From Nitrosopumilus maritimus SCM1 (GTDB lineage Archaea > Thermoproteota > Nitrososphaeria > Nitrososphaerales > Nitrosopumilaceae): 32,000 nucleotides of DNA. The notes under the pieces were generated by a model. It did no database searches. It was not told the origin of the DNA and saw nothing but the letters and a program-made list of their open reading frames with translations. The stretch covers positions 1,613,260 to 1,645,259 of the forward strand of contig NC_010085.1 of assembly GCF_000018465.1 (NCBI RefSeq), written 5' to 3'. Below are positions 18,768-29,077 of this stretch, in pieces. The translations under genes were made by a program, and so were the position numbers. Position 1 is the stretch's first letter; each line of letters starts with the position of its first letter.

Positions 18768-19508
18768 TTAACGTTCTTGTGTTGTAGGTCTTATCAGGAT
18801 TTCATTGACATTAACATAAGATGGTGAGTCTACTGCATACAAAATGGCATTTGCTATATCTTCAGCATGTAAAGCTTCCATCTTTGCTGCATTTTCTACA
18901 AATCCCTTTAAGGATTCATCAGTGATTGTGTTATTGAGTTCTGTATCCACAACACCAGGTTCAATACTTGTTACTCTAATGTTTGAACGTATACTGAATT
19001 CTTGTCTTAATCCCTCACTAAATGCTGCAACTGCATGTTTTGTTGCACAATACACACTACCAGCAGGAAAGACAATTCTTCCTGCTACAGAGGACAAATT
19101 AACAATATGACCAGATTTTTTTTCTTTCATGTGTGTAATTACTGCTGCAGTAGAATACAATACGCCTTTGATATTCACATCAATCATTCTGTCCCATTCA
19201 TCTACTTTGAGATTTTTGAAGAAGCTTAGAGGCATGAGTCCTGCGTTATTTACTAAAATATCAATAGAATTCCATTTTTCTAAAACAGCTTTTGCAAAAT
19301 CATCACATTCTGATTTTTGTGTGACATCTAATTTTTGATAAAATATTTCTCCACCATTTTCAGTAATTTTGTTTGCAAGTTCCTCTAATCTATCAACTCT
19401 TCTGGCACCAATAGCAACTTTTGCACCTGCTTTTGATAATGCTAAAGCAGTGGCAAATCCAATACCACTACTAGCTCCAGTAATTATTGCTACTTTATCT
19501 TTAATCAA
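18768..19508 (-). CDS. short-chain dehydrogenase/reductase (SDR family)
   Basis: TGASSGIGFATA, NNAG, Ser in LSSVAGR, YCATKHAV (YxxxK) and PGVVDTEL. Confidence 0.93.
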   Translation of the reverse strand: MIKDKVAIITGASSGIGFATALALSKAGAKVAIGARRVDRLEELANKITENGGEIFYQKLDVTQKSECDDFAKAVLEKWNSIDILVNNAGLMPLSFFKNLKVDEWDRMIDVNIKGVLYSTAAVITHMKEKKSGHIVNLSSVAGRIVFPAGSVYCATKHAVAAFSEGLRQEFSIRSNIRVTSIEPGVVDTELNNTITDESLKGFVENAAKMEALHAEDIANAILYAVDSPSYVNVNEILIRPTTQER

Positions 19509-19611
19509 TTAATCACACTGAATTTTGACATCGTAAAAATGTTTAGTCTAGAAAAATAATTCTCAAAAAAATACTGGCAACTTTATTAAAAGAAAAATAG
19601 TAAATGAATTT

Positions 19612-19833
19612 GTGAAGTCTGAAAAGTGTGCATATTGTGGGGATTTAACAGATTTGCCATTCCAATGCAATTACTGCAAGGATCCATTTTGTTCAGAGCA
19701 TAGACTTCCTGAAGAACATAGATGTGTAAAATTAAGTCAGATTAGAGCAAAACGATTTGGTGAAAAAAAAGTTATCAGAGACGGAGGAAGAGATAGGCCA
19801 AATATTTTTAGAAGAATTTTTGGACGTTTTTAA
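19612..19833 (+). CDS. AN1-type zinc finger protein
   Basis: CAYCGDLTDLPFQCNYCKDPFCSEHRLPEEHRC matches AN1 Cys/His spacing. GTG start. Confidence 0.88.
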   Translation: MKSEKCAYCGDLTDLPFQCNYCKDPFCSEHRLPEEHRCVKLSQIRAKRFGEKKVIRDGGRDRPNIFRRIFGRF

Positions 19834-20114
19834 TAAGGACTTTTTTCCGGAGAAATTTTTGCACGTCTTCCCTGATAAATTAATGCAATAGCAAGTGCAA
19901 ACATCACTAATGCAGTTAATGGGAAGTTTTGAGGTGCTGGCAAAATGAACCAATAATAAACTCCAAAACCAATTGAGACTACAGCCTGTGTCCACAATTT
20001 TGCCCACTTGGGAGCTTTGACTACTCTACTAATTCCCTCAACAATAAAAATTCCAATTACAGGATAAATTGTATAAAAAAGAAAATCGATTACGTCAACA
20101 CCTGTATGAGACAT
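19830..20114 (-). CDS. small hypothetical membrane protein
   Basis: Three or more hydrophobic segments: VIDFLFYTIYPVIGIFIV, AVVSIGFGVYYWFIL, FPLTALVMFALAIALIY. Confidence 0.72.
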   Translation of the reverse strand: MSHTGVDVIDFLFYTIYPVIGIFIVEGISRVVKAPKWAKLWTQAVVSIGFGVYYWFILPAPQNFPLTALVMFALAIALIYQGRRAKISPEKSPY

Positions 20115-20146
20115 CTAATTAGAAATGAATTAGGTATAATTTCTAT

Positions 20147-20704
20147 CTAATCTTCCAAACGAACTTTTGTGGCTGCGTTTTTAGCAATTAATGCCTGTGC
20201 ATTTTCATATGGAATGGTTGCAATATCTTCAATTTTAAACGGACCATACTTCTCCAGATCAGCACCTACAATTTCATCTACTTCTTGCAAAAATCTTACT
20301 GCAATTTTCTTTGTTTTGTGATTTTGAGACAAGGATTCAAGGAATTTTGATTTTCCGTTAATTGTAGCTGAGAGAATCATTTCTTTTCGGTCGTTTTCTT
20401 CTTCTTGTGAATCAAGAATGAATTTTTCTTCATCTAAAAGAAAACCGATCTCAAGGTCTTTTGATTTTGAAATTTTTTCCAATCTGACATTTATGAGTAG
20501 AGAGGTCAATTCGGTGGCCATTTCTATCATAGTATCTTTGATTTTACTTTCAACACCATCAAATTCTTGTTTTTTTAGATTTCCTATAAAGTCAGATAGA
20601 TTTCTGTAAAAGTTAGGATCGATTTCTAGTAGGGATTCATCTTCGGTTTCTCGTAAAACAGTATGATGTAGATAGTTGATATCGATTTGATTTGTCTCGG
20701 ACAT
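20147..20704 (-). CDS. GINS complex subunit, Gins51 (Sld5/Psf1)-like
   Basis: A-domain-like DPNFYRNLSDFIGNLKKQEF...TELTSLLINVRLEKI and B-domain-like KIAVRFLQEVDEIVGADLEKYGPFKIEDIATIPYENAQALIAKNAATKV. Confidence 0.75.
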   Translation of the reverse strand: MSETNQIDINYLHHTVLRETEDESLLEIDPNFYRNLSDFIGNLKKQEFDGVESKIKDTMIEMATELTSLLINVRLEKISKSKDLEIGFLLDEEKFILDSQEEENDRKEMILSATINGKSKFLESLSQNHKTKKIAVRFLQEVDEIVGADLEKYGPFKIEDIATIPYENAQALIAKNAATKVRLED

Positions 20705-20745
20705 TTCCTACCTAATCCTTAAATGCTGGATGTATTTGTGTTTGA

Positions 20746-22218
20746 TTGAAGCATAAATTGCCCTATAAAGTCAGTCACGGAAAAGCAATTCAAGTATCAT
20801 ATTCACCTGACGAAGTTTTCTCAAGAATTCAACACGAAGGAATTCAATTCATTGATCTTCAATTTACAGGTCTAACTGGTCATTTCCACCATACCACAAT
20901 TTCTGCCAATACATTTACTCCTGAACAAATGAGAGACGGTCTACCAAAATTAGATGGTTCATCAATTATTGGATTTACAAGTATTGATGATTCAGATTTG
21001 CTTCTAAAACCTGATCCTAATACATTTGCAATAATTCCATGGATGACTGAAAACAAGACAGCTAGATTACTTTGTGATGTTTATTGGGGAGAAAACAGAG
21101 GTAGGTTATCAAGAGATCCAAGAGGAATTTCACAAAAAGCAGAAGAATACATCAAAACACAAGGATTTGATTTTAGTACATGGGGACCAGAAGTAGAGTT
21201 TTTTGTTTTTGATAAAGTTCATTGGGATGTTCTAACACCATACAAAGGACAATCTTATTCAATTGAATCTAAAGAAGCTCCATGGAATCAATCAGGTGAT
21301 GGATATCCTATGGGATTACAAGAAGGATACTATCCTAGTACACCTGCAGATACCCTTACACCATACAGAAATGAATGTGTGAATATTCTCAATAAGAATT
21401 TTGGAATTTTATGTGACAATCATCACCATGAAGTAGCAACAGCAGGACAATGTGAGATTGATATCAAGTATGATTACATGACAAATGCAGCTGATGCTGC
21501 ACAATCATACAAATACGTAATTAGAAACGTTGCTCAAAAATATGGCAAAGTTGCAACAATGATGCCAAAACCAATTGCAATGGATTCAGGTTCGGGAATG
21601 CACGTTAATGTTAGTTTATGGAAAGGAACAGAAAATGCATTCTATGATCCAGATGATGAAATTGAATTGAGCCAACTTGGAAGATATTTTTGTGGCGGAA
21701 TAATCAATCACGCAAAAGCATTATCAGCAATTTGTAATCCAACCACAAACTCCTATCACAGATTAGTTCCAGGTTATGAGGCTCCAGCATATATTGCATG
21801 GAGTTCTGGAAATCGTTCAGCAATAGTTAGAGTTCCAAAACATTTGAAAGGTAAGAATTATGCAAATCTAAAGAGACTTGAATTCAGAGCTCCTGATCCA
21901 TCATCCAATCCGTATCTTGTATTTGCAGCAGTAACTGCAGCAGGTATGGATGGAATTAAGAAGAAGATGGATCCTGGAGATGAGGTTCGTGATGACATAT
22001 TCAAGATGACAAAAAGTGATAGAAACAAGAGAGGAATTGGGGTTCTTCCAAAGAGTCTAGGAGAAGCACTTGACGAGCTGGAAAGTGATAGAAAATTCCT
22101 TAATCCAATTTACACAAATGATGTAATTGATAAAATCATTGAATTAGAAAGAAGAGATCAACGTGAGATTTCAATCAGACCACATCCACACGAATTTTAT
22201 TTGTACTTTGATGTTTAG
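20746..22218 (+). CDS. glnA: glutamine synthetase (paralogue 2)
   Basis: KLDGSSIIGF, WGPEVEFFVFDKV, HHEVATAGQCEIDIKY, GSGMHVNVSLW, NPTTNSYHRLVPGYEAP, NRSAIVRVP, RLEFRAPDPSSNPYLVF. TTG start. Confidence 0.95.
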   Translation: MKHKLPYKVSHGKAIQVSYSPDEVFSRIQHEGIQFIDLQFTGLTGHFHHTTISANTFTPEQMRDGLPKLDGSSIIGFTSIDDSDLLLKPDPNTFAIIPWMTENKTARLLCDVYWGENRGRLSRDPRGISQKAEEYIKTQGFDFSTWGPEVEFFVFDKVHWDVLTPYKGQSYSIESKEAPWNQSGDGYPMGLQEGYYPSTPADTLTPYRNECVNILNKNFGILCDNHHHEVATAGQCEIDIKYDYMTNAADAAQSYKYVIRNVAQKYGKVATMMPKPIAMDSGSGMHVNVSLWKGTENAFYDPDDEIELSQLGRYFCGGIINHAKALSAICNPTTNSYHRLVPGYEAPAYIAWSSGNRSAIVRVPKHLKGKNYANLKRLEFRAPDPSSNPYLVFAAVTAAGMDGIKKKMDPGDEVRDDIFKMTKSDRNKRGIGVLPKSLGEALDELESDRKFLNPIYTNDVIDKIIELERRDQREISIRPHPHEFYLYFDV

Positions 22219-22493
22219 ATTCGTCCACTCATTTCAAAAATATAGTATAATGAAACTGCCATTAGAGTAAATCCACTTCCAAGAAATATCTCTCTTCTTT
22301 TCTCAGATGTTGCAGCTTTGTATAATAGCACTCCACCTGCAAGACCTACAAACAATATCAAGACTCCCACAACAACATTATCAAAACTTGTGTTAGTGAT
22401 TAGTGGATGAAAAAATCCTGAAAGTAATACAAAGAATGCAACCAAGTACACATACTTGAATCCAGAAAGAAGTTTTGATGAGGTTTCATTCAA
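22215..22493 (-). CDS. small hypothetical membrane protein
   Basis: FKYVYLVAFFVLLSGFFHPLI, VVVGVLILFVGLAGGVLLYKA and IFLGSGFTLMAVSLYYIF. Confidence 0.7.
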   Translation of the reverse strand: MNETSSKLLSGFKYVYLVAFFVLLSGFFHPLITNTSFDNVVVGVLILFVGLAGGVLLYKAATSEKRREIFLGSGFTLMAVSLYYIFEMSGRI

Positions 22494-22548
22494 TGCTGTT
22501 CGTAAAGTTAGTTATCAAATAAACTTTTGAAAAAAATTGCAAAATAAT

Positions 22549-24261
22549 TTACATCATACCGCCCATGTCAGGCATTCCACCCATACCGCCCATTCCAGGC
22601 ATTCCAGGTGGCATTCCGCCCATTCCAGGTGGCATTCCGCCTTCTCCACCACCAGGTGGACCACCAGCAGATTTCTGAGTAGCGATTACATCATCAATTC
22701 TAAGAATCATACATGCAGCTTCAGCAGATGCTGAAACAATCTGAAGTTTTACTGCAAGAGGTTCAATAATATCACTAGATTTCATGTTAGCAATTTTTCC
22801 TTTCATAACATCAATACCTGTCCATTTCTCACCTTTTTGTTGTTTTGAACGCAACAGGGTAAGAGTATCAATTGGATCCATTCCAGCATTCTCTGAAAGT
22901 GTTAATGGAATTGCTTCTAAAGCATCAGCAAATTTTTCTGCAGCTAATTGTTCTCTACCTTCAAGAGATTTAGCCCAGTTTCTAAGTTTTGTAGCGGCAT
23001 ATGTTTCAGGGGCGCCTCCACCTGCTACAATTTCTGGTTTTTCAATTACATCTTTTACAACCATTAAAGCGTCATGAACAGAACGTTCTACTTCATCAAC
23101 AACTCTTTGTGAGCCACCACGTAGAAGTAATGTTACAGATTTTGGATGTTTACATCCTTCAACAAATACCCATTTGTCTTCCTCAATCTTTCTTTCCTCA
23201 ACAAGGTCAGCACTACCAAGATCTTTTTCAAAGAGATCATCAAGGTTTGTGACTATTCTTGCGCCTGTTGCTTTTGCTAGTTTTGTCAAGTCACTTTCCT
23301 TAATTCTTCTAACAGCTATAATTCCGGCTTTTGCCAAGTAATGTTGTGCCATGTCATCAATTCCTTTTTGACACAAAACTACATTTGCACCAGAACCGAT
23401 AACTTTGTCAACCATTGTTTTTAGCATTCTATTTTCTTCATCTAGAAATGATTTCAATTGTTGAGGATTTGAAATGTTAATCTTAGCATCGGTTTCAGTT
23501 TTACTGATTTCTAGGGCAGTGTTAATCAAAGCAATTTTTGCTTCATTGATCTTTCTAGGCATTCCTCCATGAACAATTTCTTTGTCCAAAACTATACCCT
23601 GAACAATCATAGAGTCCTTTATTGAACCACCTGCTTTCTTTTCAACTTTAATGTCATCAATATCAACATCATAACTTTCAGAGTCTTTTTCTGCAACAGC
23701 AAGAACCGATTTTACAATAATGTCTGCAAGTTGATCAGAATCTTTTCTAACAAGTTTTGTTTGCATAGAAGTTTTTGCAATTTTATTGAGAATATTCTTA
23801 TCATTTGGAGAAATTTTATCAGATATACTTTCAAGAAATTGCTTGGCTTTTCTTCCAGCCTTTCTATAACCATCAACAATAATTGTTGGGTGAACATCTT
23901 GATCAATTAATGACTCGGCATTCTCAAGTAAGGCTCCTGCCAAAACCACGGCAGAAGTTGTTCCATCTCCAACTTCATTGTCAGTTGTTTTAGAAATCTC
24001 AACGAGCATTTTTGCTGCTGGGTGTTGAACATCAATTTCTTTGAGAATTGTTGCTCCATCATTTGTAATAGTAACATCTCCTAGGGAATCAACTAGCATC
24101 TTATCCATGCCTCTAGGACCTAAACTGGTATGAACAATCTCAGCAACTATCTTTGATGCAGCAATGTTGTTCTTTTGTGCATCTCTACCTTTAGTTTCTG
24201 AACCACCTTCTTTGAGCAATACGACGGGCATATTTCCTTTAGAAGTAGCTTGCATAGCCAT
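22549..24261 (-). CDS. thermosome subunit (group II chaperonin)
   Basis: [73 protein letters not shown] and a GGM-rich tail [23 protein letters not shown]. Confidence 0.97.
   Translation of the reverse strand: MAMQATSKGNMPVVLLKEGGSETKGRDAQKNNIAASKIVAEIVHTSLGPRGMDKMLVDSLGDVTITNDGATILKEIDVQHPAAKMLVEISKTTDNEVGDGTTSAVVLAGALLENAESLIDQDVHPTIIVDGYRKAGRKAKQFLESISDKISPNDKNILNKIAKTSMQTKLVRKDSDQLADIIVKSVLAVAEKDSESYDVDIDDIKVEKKAGGSIKDSMIVQGIVLDKEIVHGGMPRKINEAKIALINTALEISKTETDAKINISNPQQLKSFLDEENRMLKTMVDKVIGSGANVVLCQKGIDDMAQHYLAKAGIIAVRRIKESDLTKLAKATGARIVTNLDDLFEKDLGSADLVEERKIEEDKWVFVEGCKHPKSVTLLLRGGSQRVVDEVERSVHDALMVVKDVIEKPEIVAGGGAPETYAATKLRNWAKSLEGREQLAAEKFADALEAIPLTLSENAGMDPIDTLTLLRSKQQKGEKWTGIDVMKGKIANMKSSDIIEPLAVKLQIVSASAEAACMILRIDDVIATQKSAGGPPGGGEGGMPPGMGGMPPGMPGMGGMGGMPDMGGMM
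22550..22648 (-). repeat. low-complexity GGM/GMP repeats encoding the thermosome C-terminal tail
   Basis: Repeated GGCATTCC and GCCCATTCCAGGTGGCATTCCGCC on the + strand, in frame with the GGM tail. Confidence 0.85.
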
Positions 24262-24302
24262 TGATGCAAAAATTCCAGATTCCCCTTTTATACCTTCCAG
24301 AT
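24262..24302 (-). promoter_or_regulatory. thermosome promoter with TATA box TATAAAAG and flanking direct repeats
   Basis: On the minus strand: ATCTGGAA-GG-TATAAAAG-GGGA-ATCTGGAA. TATA (24285-24292) centred about 28 nt upstream of the ATG implies a near-leaderless transcript. Confidence 0.65.
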
Positions 24303-24364
24303 CAAGAGTGGTGGGTTTGACAGTCTATCGGTGTTTTTAAATTGGGAAAATCAGGTTGCAAAAT

Positions 24365-25687
24365 ATGGCAAAATCACAAAATAAAGAATCTTACAATAAA
24401 ATTTTCGCAAAATTAAAAGAACATCACAAATGGTTTGAGAACTCAATTCCATTAATTGCCAGTGAAAATATTCCTAGTCCTGCAGTTAGAGAAGCAGTAA
24501 TCTCAGATTTTGGCAATAGGTATGCTGAAGGCTGGCCTGGAGAAAGAGTCTACGCGGGTTGTATCTACATTGATGATGTAGAGTTTGAATGCATGAAATT
24601 AGCCAAAAAACTCTACAAAGCAAAGTTTGCTGATGTAAGACCAATTTCAGGTGTAGTAGCAAATCTCGCTGTATATTCTGCTTATTCAAATCCAGGTGAT
24701 GTTATGCTAGCACCATCTATTCCAGCTGGAGGCCATATCTCACATGGTAAAAAAGAACATTCTGGAACTGCTGGATTAGTTCATGGTTTGGAAATTGAAT
24801 TTTATCCATTTGATGCTGAAGAAATGACAATCGATGTTGACAAGACAAAACAGAAAGTAAAGGAATTAAAGAAAAACAATAGACTACCAAAAATTGCAAT
24901 GTTTGGAGGCTCGTTGTTCTTATTCCCACATCCAGTCAAAGAACTTTCAGATTTTCTAAAGAGTTATGATATGCATATCAATTATGATGCAGCGCATGTT
25001 GCAGGACTAATTGCAGGAGGAAAATTCCAAGATCCACTAAAAGAGGGAGCAGATACAATGACTATGAGTACTCACAAGACATTATTTGGTCCACAAGGTG
25101 GTTTGGTTTTAGGTTCTGAAAAACATGAAGAACCAATCAAAAAAGCAACATTTCCAGGACTGACAAGTAGTCATCACATCAACAATATGGCAGGAAAAGC
25201 AGTTGCATTTGCTGAAGCATTAGAGTTTGGAAAAGATTACGCTGCTCAAGTCATAAAGAATGCAAAATCATTTGCTGAAGCATTAAGTGATGCTGGATTC
25301 AAAGTATTAGGTGAAAGCAGAGGATTTACACAATCACACCAAATTGCTGTCAACGTCTTGGATTATTCAGATGGCGGTAAAGTTGAGGCAGATTTAGAGA
25401 AGGCCAACATAATTGTAAACAGACAACTAATTCCAGGAGACATCAAAGCTGGAAGAAATTATTTCCATCCGGGTGGAATTAGATTAGGAGTTTCAGAAAT
25501 TACTAGACTTGGAATGAAGAAAAATGAAATGCAAGAAATTGCTTCCTTCATCAAACAAGTAGTAATAGAGAAGAAGGATCCTAAGAAATTGCTTTCCAAA
25601 GTAAAGTCATTTAGAAAGAACTACCAGAAGGTAAAATTCTGTTTTGACAACAAATTAGGTGCTTACGAATACGTCAAATTGCGATAA
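24365..25687 (+). CDS. glyA: serine hydroxymethyltransferase
   Basis: LIASENIPSPAVREA, RYAEGWPGERVYAGC, VVANLAVYSA, PLP-lysine region TMTMSTHKTLFGPQGG. ATG 24365 preferred over TTG 24356. Confidence 0.95.
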   Translation: MAKSQNKESYNKIFAKLKEHHKWFENSIPLIASENIPSPAVREAVISDFGNRYAEGWPGERVYAGCIYIDDVEFECMKLAKKLYKAKFADVRPISGVVANLAVYSAYSNPGDVMLAPSIPAGGHISHGKKEHSGTAGLVHGLEIEFYPFDAEEMTIDVDKTKQKVKELKKNNRLPKIAMFGGSLFLFPHPVKELSDFLKSYDMHINYDAAHVAGLIAGGKFQDPLKEGADTMTMSTHKTLFGPQGGLVLGSEKHEEPIKKATFPGLTSSHHINNMAGKAVAFAEALEFGKDYAAQVIKNAKSFAEALSDAGFKVLGESRGFTQSHQIAVNVLDYSDGGKVEADLEKANIIVNRQLIPGDIKAGRNYFHPGGIRLGVSEITRLGMKKNEMQEIASFIKQVVIEKKDPKKLLSKVKSFRKNYQKVKFCFDNKLGAYEYVKLR

Positions 25688-25688
25688 T

Positions 25689-28600
25689 TCAGGCATAATC
25701 AGTAAGAAGTGACTGGTCACCTGGGCTTTTTCCAAATACTAGTTCAATTTCATCAGAAAGTGCATGAATACGTCCTCTTTGATATTCACTAACATCATAC
25801 TTGTCAACAAGTCTTTTTGCAAGTTTTAGATATTTTTCTACAGAACCACGAGTTATTGTTGGAATTAGTTTATGCCCACAAACACAAGTTTGGATTAATG
25901 GCATACGACGATAGGATTTGCCACATCCAGTACACCTAAAGTTTTGTCTTGCATATGCTCTCAGATTTCCCATAATGTCTGGTACTAGATGAGTTGAGAT
26001 AACATCTGAAACAATTTCTGAAGTATTTACAGCATCAATCAGTTCAGCATTTCTAACTTGCATATCGAATTTGTCAAGCATTGAGCCAAGAGTGGAATAT
26101 GCACTACGTGATTTTGAAGTTGTAAGCGATGAGGTAGTATGTGTAAAATGATAATCATAAAACTGTCTTTCTGTCTCAAGTCTAGATTTGATGATTTCAA
26201 CAGATGAAATGTCCGGTGCTTTGGCTTGTTGAAGTGTTGATTCAAAAAATTCTAAAGGCAATGATTTTGTTACCTCAAGATTATGGGCTTGTGGCTGGGA
26301 TTCATGTGGTAAAACAAGAGGTTGAACAAGTAGTGGTGCATCCATCAATCCACCAATCGCATCTGAAAGGAACTGTCTTGAGAAATTCAAAAGACTATCC
26401 ATCAACAGCATTATAGAATCAGCATCACCGTCTGCGTCTCTTCTTTTTGCAGAATGCCAATTGGGAGTTGCAAAACATACATGGGTTTCAGAATATCCAA
26501 TGATTCTACCTACAATTCCAACTGATGTATGAGGAGCAAGACCAATTATCAGATGTCCAATCAATTCCTCAGAGTTGGTTACATTGTAAAATGAGGTTTT
26601 TCCATAGAATTTTTCTAAAAGAGTATCAATGTATTTGCAAATCGAAACAAGATACTTGCCACTTTCATATGGAATTATCACATCTTGCATTCGAAGTTCA
26701 ACTATCTGCTCTGGATCTTCAAGTGGAATTCCATCAACATCATGAGAGTATCCCAATTCTTTGAGTTTCTCAACAGAGGTTCCAATCCAAGAGGGTTTGA
26801 ATTGAGTTAGAGGAGAATTTGTTGCATCAAATCTAACAGTTCCATCCTTAAAGACTGTCAGTCCAAAGTTTTGACGAACCAATCCTTTTTCCAGAGGTTC
26901 AGCAATCTTATCTTGACTGATTAATTCTTTGACTCCTTTGAAGGGTTCTTGGGCACGTAGGCGAATTTTTTCTTGAGCTTCTAGAAGTTTTGATTTTAGG
27001 GGAAATTCCTTATGAGAATAGGCTAGAGCGTTTCGTTTGCATTTTTCACAAAAAGATTCTTCGAGTGAATCTCTGCAATGTGGGCACCTATAGGTGACAG
27101 TGGTCTTTGTGCCACATTTTGAACATTTAATCCCAATTGACGGGATATTACATTGATTACAATGCCTATTGTAAATACTGGTGAAAAAGTGCTCATTTCT
27201 AGATGCCTTTAGAAGATCTCGTGTAGGTCCTCCTTTGTCACTAATTGGGAATAATACGTGTGTTGGTGGTTTCATCTGTCTAGGGGCAGATTTCTCAGGT
27301 CTTCCAATTCGTACTCCAATAGATGTAGAGAATTTGTTTCTAATTTTGATTCCAGAAGATTTTGAGATAATTTGAGGAACAGAAGAATCATCAATTGTTG
27401 GTTCTTCTCTAAACAACAAATTAAAGAAAATTTTTGCTTCAGTATTTTCAAGAATAATACTGTCATTTTTGACGATATGTGGAACTCCTAATTTTTCAAG
27501 AATTTTCTTTGTTTGTGGAGAGTACTCTACTGATGTTTCATTGATTGTTTTGGGATTCAAAAGTAGTCCAAGTTCTTCAGCAGATAGCTTATCCCAATAA
27601 TACAGGTAATGAGGATGAAGAGTCATATCAAAATCAATCGAGATTTTTAATGCCTCATCTATTGTAGGAATTCTATTGAGAAATCGAGTCAGATAATGGT
27701 CTTCAGGCTCGTATTTCGCAATTTTTTGTTTTAATTCCTCAATCCAATATTCTTCTACATATCCTGATGGAACAAGTTGTGCGTTATTTTCTAGGAAATC
27801 ACCAAAAGATATCAGAATATCTCCAAGGTGAAGTATTTTTTCAATGTCATTTTTGATTTCTATTCCATGTTTTACATCTCTAATTTTTACAACACTGCCA
27901 TCTTTCAAACGAACTACAGGAGTTTCAATCGAATCAACAAATGCTACTGTTGAGCCTTTTCCTGGAATGTCAATCTTAATTTGAGTTCCAACTGCAATTG
28001 TGTGATCAAGTATTTCTGCAACTACAGGATGAAGTCCAACTGCGGCAAAACCAGTATTGCATGCTCGTCCATATCTTAGTCGGAATCCTCCTAGTCTGTT
28101 AGGCATAGAAAGGACTGATCTGCCTGTAATTACCTCATGCATTCTTTTGGTAGCTGCATCCTCCTGTTTTTCACCAGTCTGAACAGCACCCTTTAGGTCA
28201 TTAAGCCACTCCCAACCATCAAGATTGTACATTTCAATTCTTTTGAGTAGTTTCTTGGATCTTCCAATAAGACCATCATTTAGGACACGTAAGGCACCTC
28301 CCCTTACTCTATCAGTTTTGATTCGCGCCATAGATTTGTGATTTACAACCTCATAAGGGTCAGTATCAACACCGTCTAGCTCTACTGGAAGATTGGAAAT
28401 CACATGTTCAATATCTTCATCTAGGATATGGAATTGAAAACTACTAGCCTCTCTTTCATAGATTCTTAACTCCTCAACAAATCGACCTGTTTCATCATCA
28501 AATGAATTGGCCTGGAATTTTGATAGTCCTGCTGTCTTTCTGACATGATCTGCAATCAACATAGTTACGGCAGATTCTGTTCCTCCAGCAGAACGCATAG

Positions 28601-29066
28601 GACCTGCAATGGAAACTGAAAGATATTCAGAACCATCCTTGTTTTTTTTAATCTTTACCTCACTAATTCCTTGCAACGGAGCAATTGTGACTCCTTCTGT
28701 AACAATTGCCAATCCAACACGTACTGCCAGATCAAGTTTTTCTTCCAAAGTAGAATCAGGAAGTGAGTATTTTCCCTGTGCAATCTCTTTTGATAGAATT
28801 AATGCAGAGAGTTCTTTTCCGTTAGTTTTTAGAAGTTCTCGAAGTGGTTCAGCGATATCAATTTCGTGCATTTTTGCTACACGATCAGCCAGATCAAATG
28901 CGATTTTCGGCTCTATTATGCCGGAAGAGTCAACTAGGCTTGATTTTGCAGATGCAGCAGTCTCAAAAATGTTGTATGTTTCTGTAGATAGACTAGAGTA
29001 GTAATCAGAATAGTAATCAGGCATCTTAATGCCACTAATACGAGAAATTGCGTCGTTTTCAGACAT
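25689..29066 (-). CDS. polC: DNA polymerase D large subunit (DP2)
   Basis: PDYYSDYYSSL N-terminus, GRIIGYSETHVCFATPNWHSAKRRDADGDADSIMLLMD catalytic region, LVLPHESQPQAHN and C-terminal zinc motif CTGCGKSYRRMPLIQTCVCG. 1125 aa, so no intein. Confidence 0.97.
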   Translation of the reverse strand: MSENDAISRISGIKMPDYYSDYYSSLSTETYNIFETAASAKSSLVDSSGIIEPKIAFDLADRVAKMHEIDIAEPLRELLKTNGKELSALILSKEIAQGKYSLPDSTLEEKLDLAVRVGLAIVTEGVTIAPLQGISEVKIKKNKDGSEYLSVSIAGPMRSAGGTESAVTMLIADHVRKTAGLSKFQANSFDDETGRFVEELRIYEREASSFQFHILDEDIEHVISNLPVELDGVDTDPYEVVNHKSMARIKTDRVRGGALRVLNDGLIGRSKKLLKRIEMYNLDGWEWLNDLKGAVQTGEKQEDAATKRMHEVITGRSVLSMPNRLGGFRLRYGRACNTGFAAVGLHPVVAEILDHTIAVGTQIKIDIPGKGSTVAFVDSIETPVVRLKDGSVVKIRDVKHGIEIKNDIEKILHLGDILISFGDFLENNAQLVPSGYVEEYWIEELKQKIAKYEPEDHYLTRFLNRIPTIDEALKISIDFDMTLHPHYLYYWDKLSAEELGLLLNPKTINETSVEYSPQTKKILEKLGVPHIVKNDSIILENTEAKIFFNLLFREEPTIDDSSVPQIISKSSGIKIRNKFSTSIGVRIGRPEKSAPRQMKPPTHVLFPISDKGGPTRDLLKASRNEHFFTSIYNRHCNQCNIPSIGIKCSKCGTKTTVTYRCPHCRDSLEESFCEKCKRNALAYSHKEFPLKSKLLEAQEKIRLRAQEPFKGVKELISQDKIAEPLEKGLVRQNFGLTVFKDGTVRFDATNSPLTQFKPSWIGTSVEKLKELGYSHDVDGIPLEDPEQIVELRMQDVIIPYESGKYLVSICKYIDTLLEKFYGKTSFYNVTNSEELIGHLIIGLAPHTSVGIVGRIIGYSETHVCFATPNWHSAKRRDADGDADSIMLLMDSLLNFSRQFLSDAIGGLMDAPLLVQPLVLPHESQPQAHNLEVTKSLPLEFFESTLQQAKAPDISSVEIIKSRLETERQFYDYHFTHTTSSLTTSKSRSAYSTLGSMLDKFDMQVRNAELIDAVNTSEIVSDVISTHLVPDIMGNLRAYARQNFRCTGCGKSYRRMPLIQTCVCGHKLIPTITRGSVEKYLKLAKRLVDKYDVSEYQRGRIHALSDEIELVFGKSPGDQSLLTDYA

Positions 29067-29077
29067 ATAGAGTATTA

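Noticed and set aside
22550-22648. Clustered short repeats that could suggest a CRISPR or VNTR
   Set aside because: They encode the in-frame GGM-rich thermosome tail; no regular repeat-spacer structure.
25689-29066. Possible intein or split in PolD DP2
   Set aside because: The ORF is continuous at 1125 aa, a normal intein-free length, with no intein-like block inside the catalytic motif.
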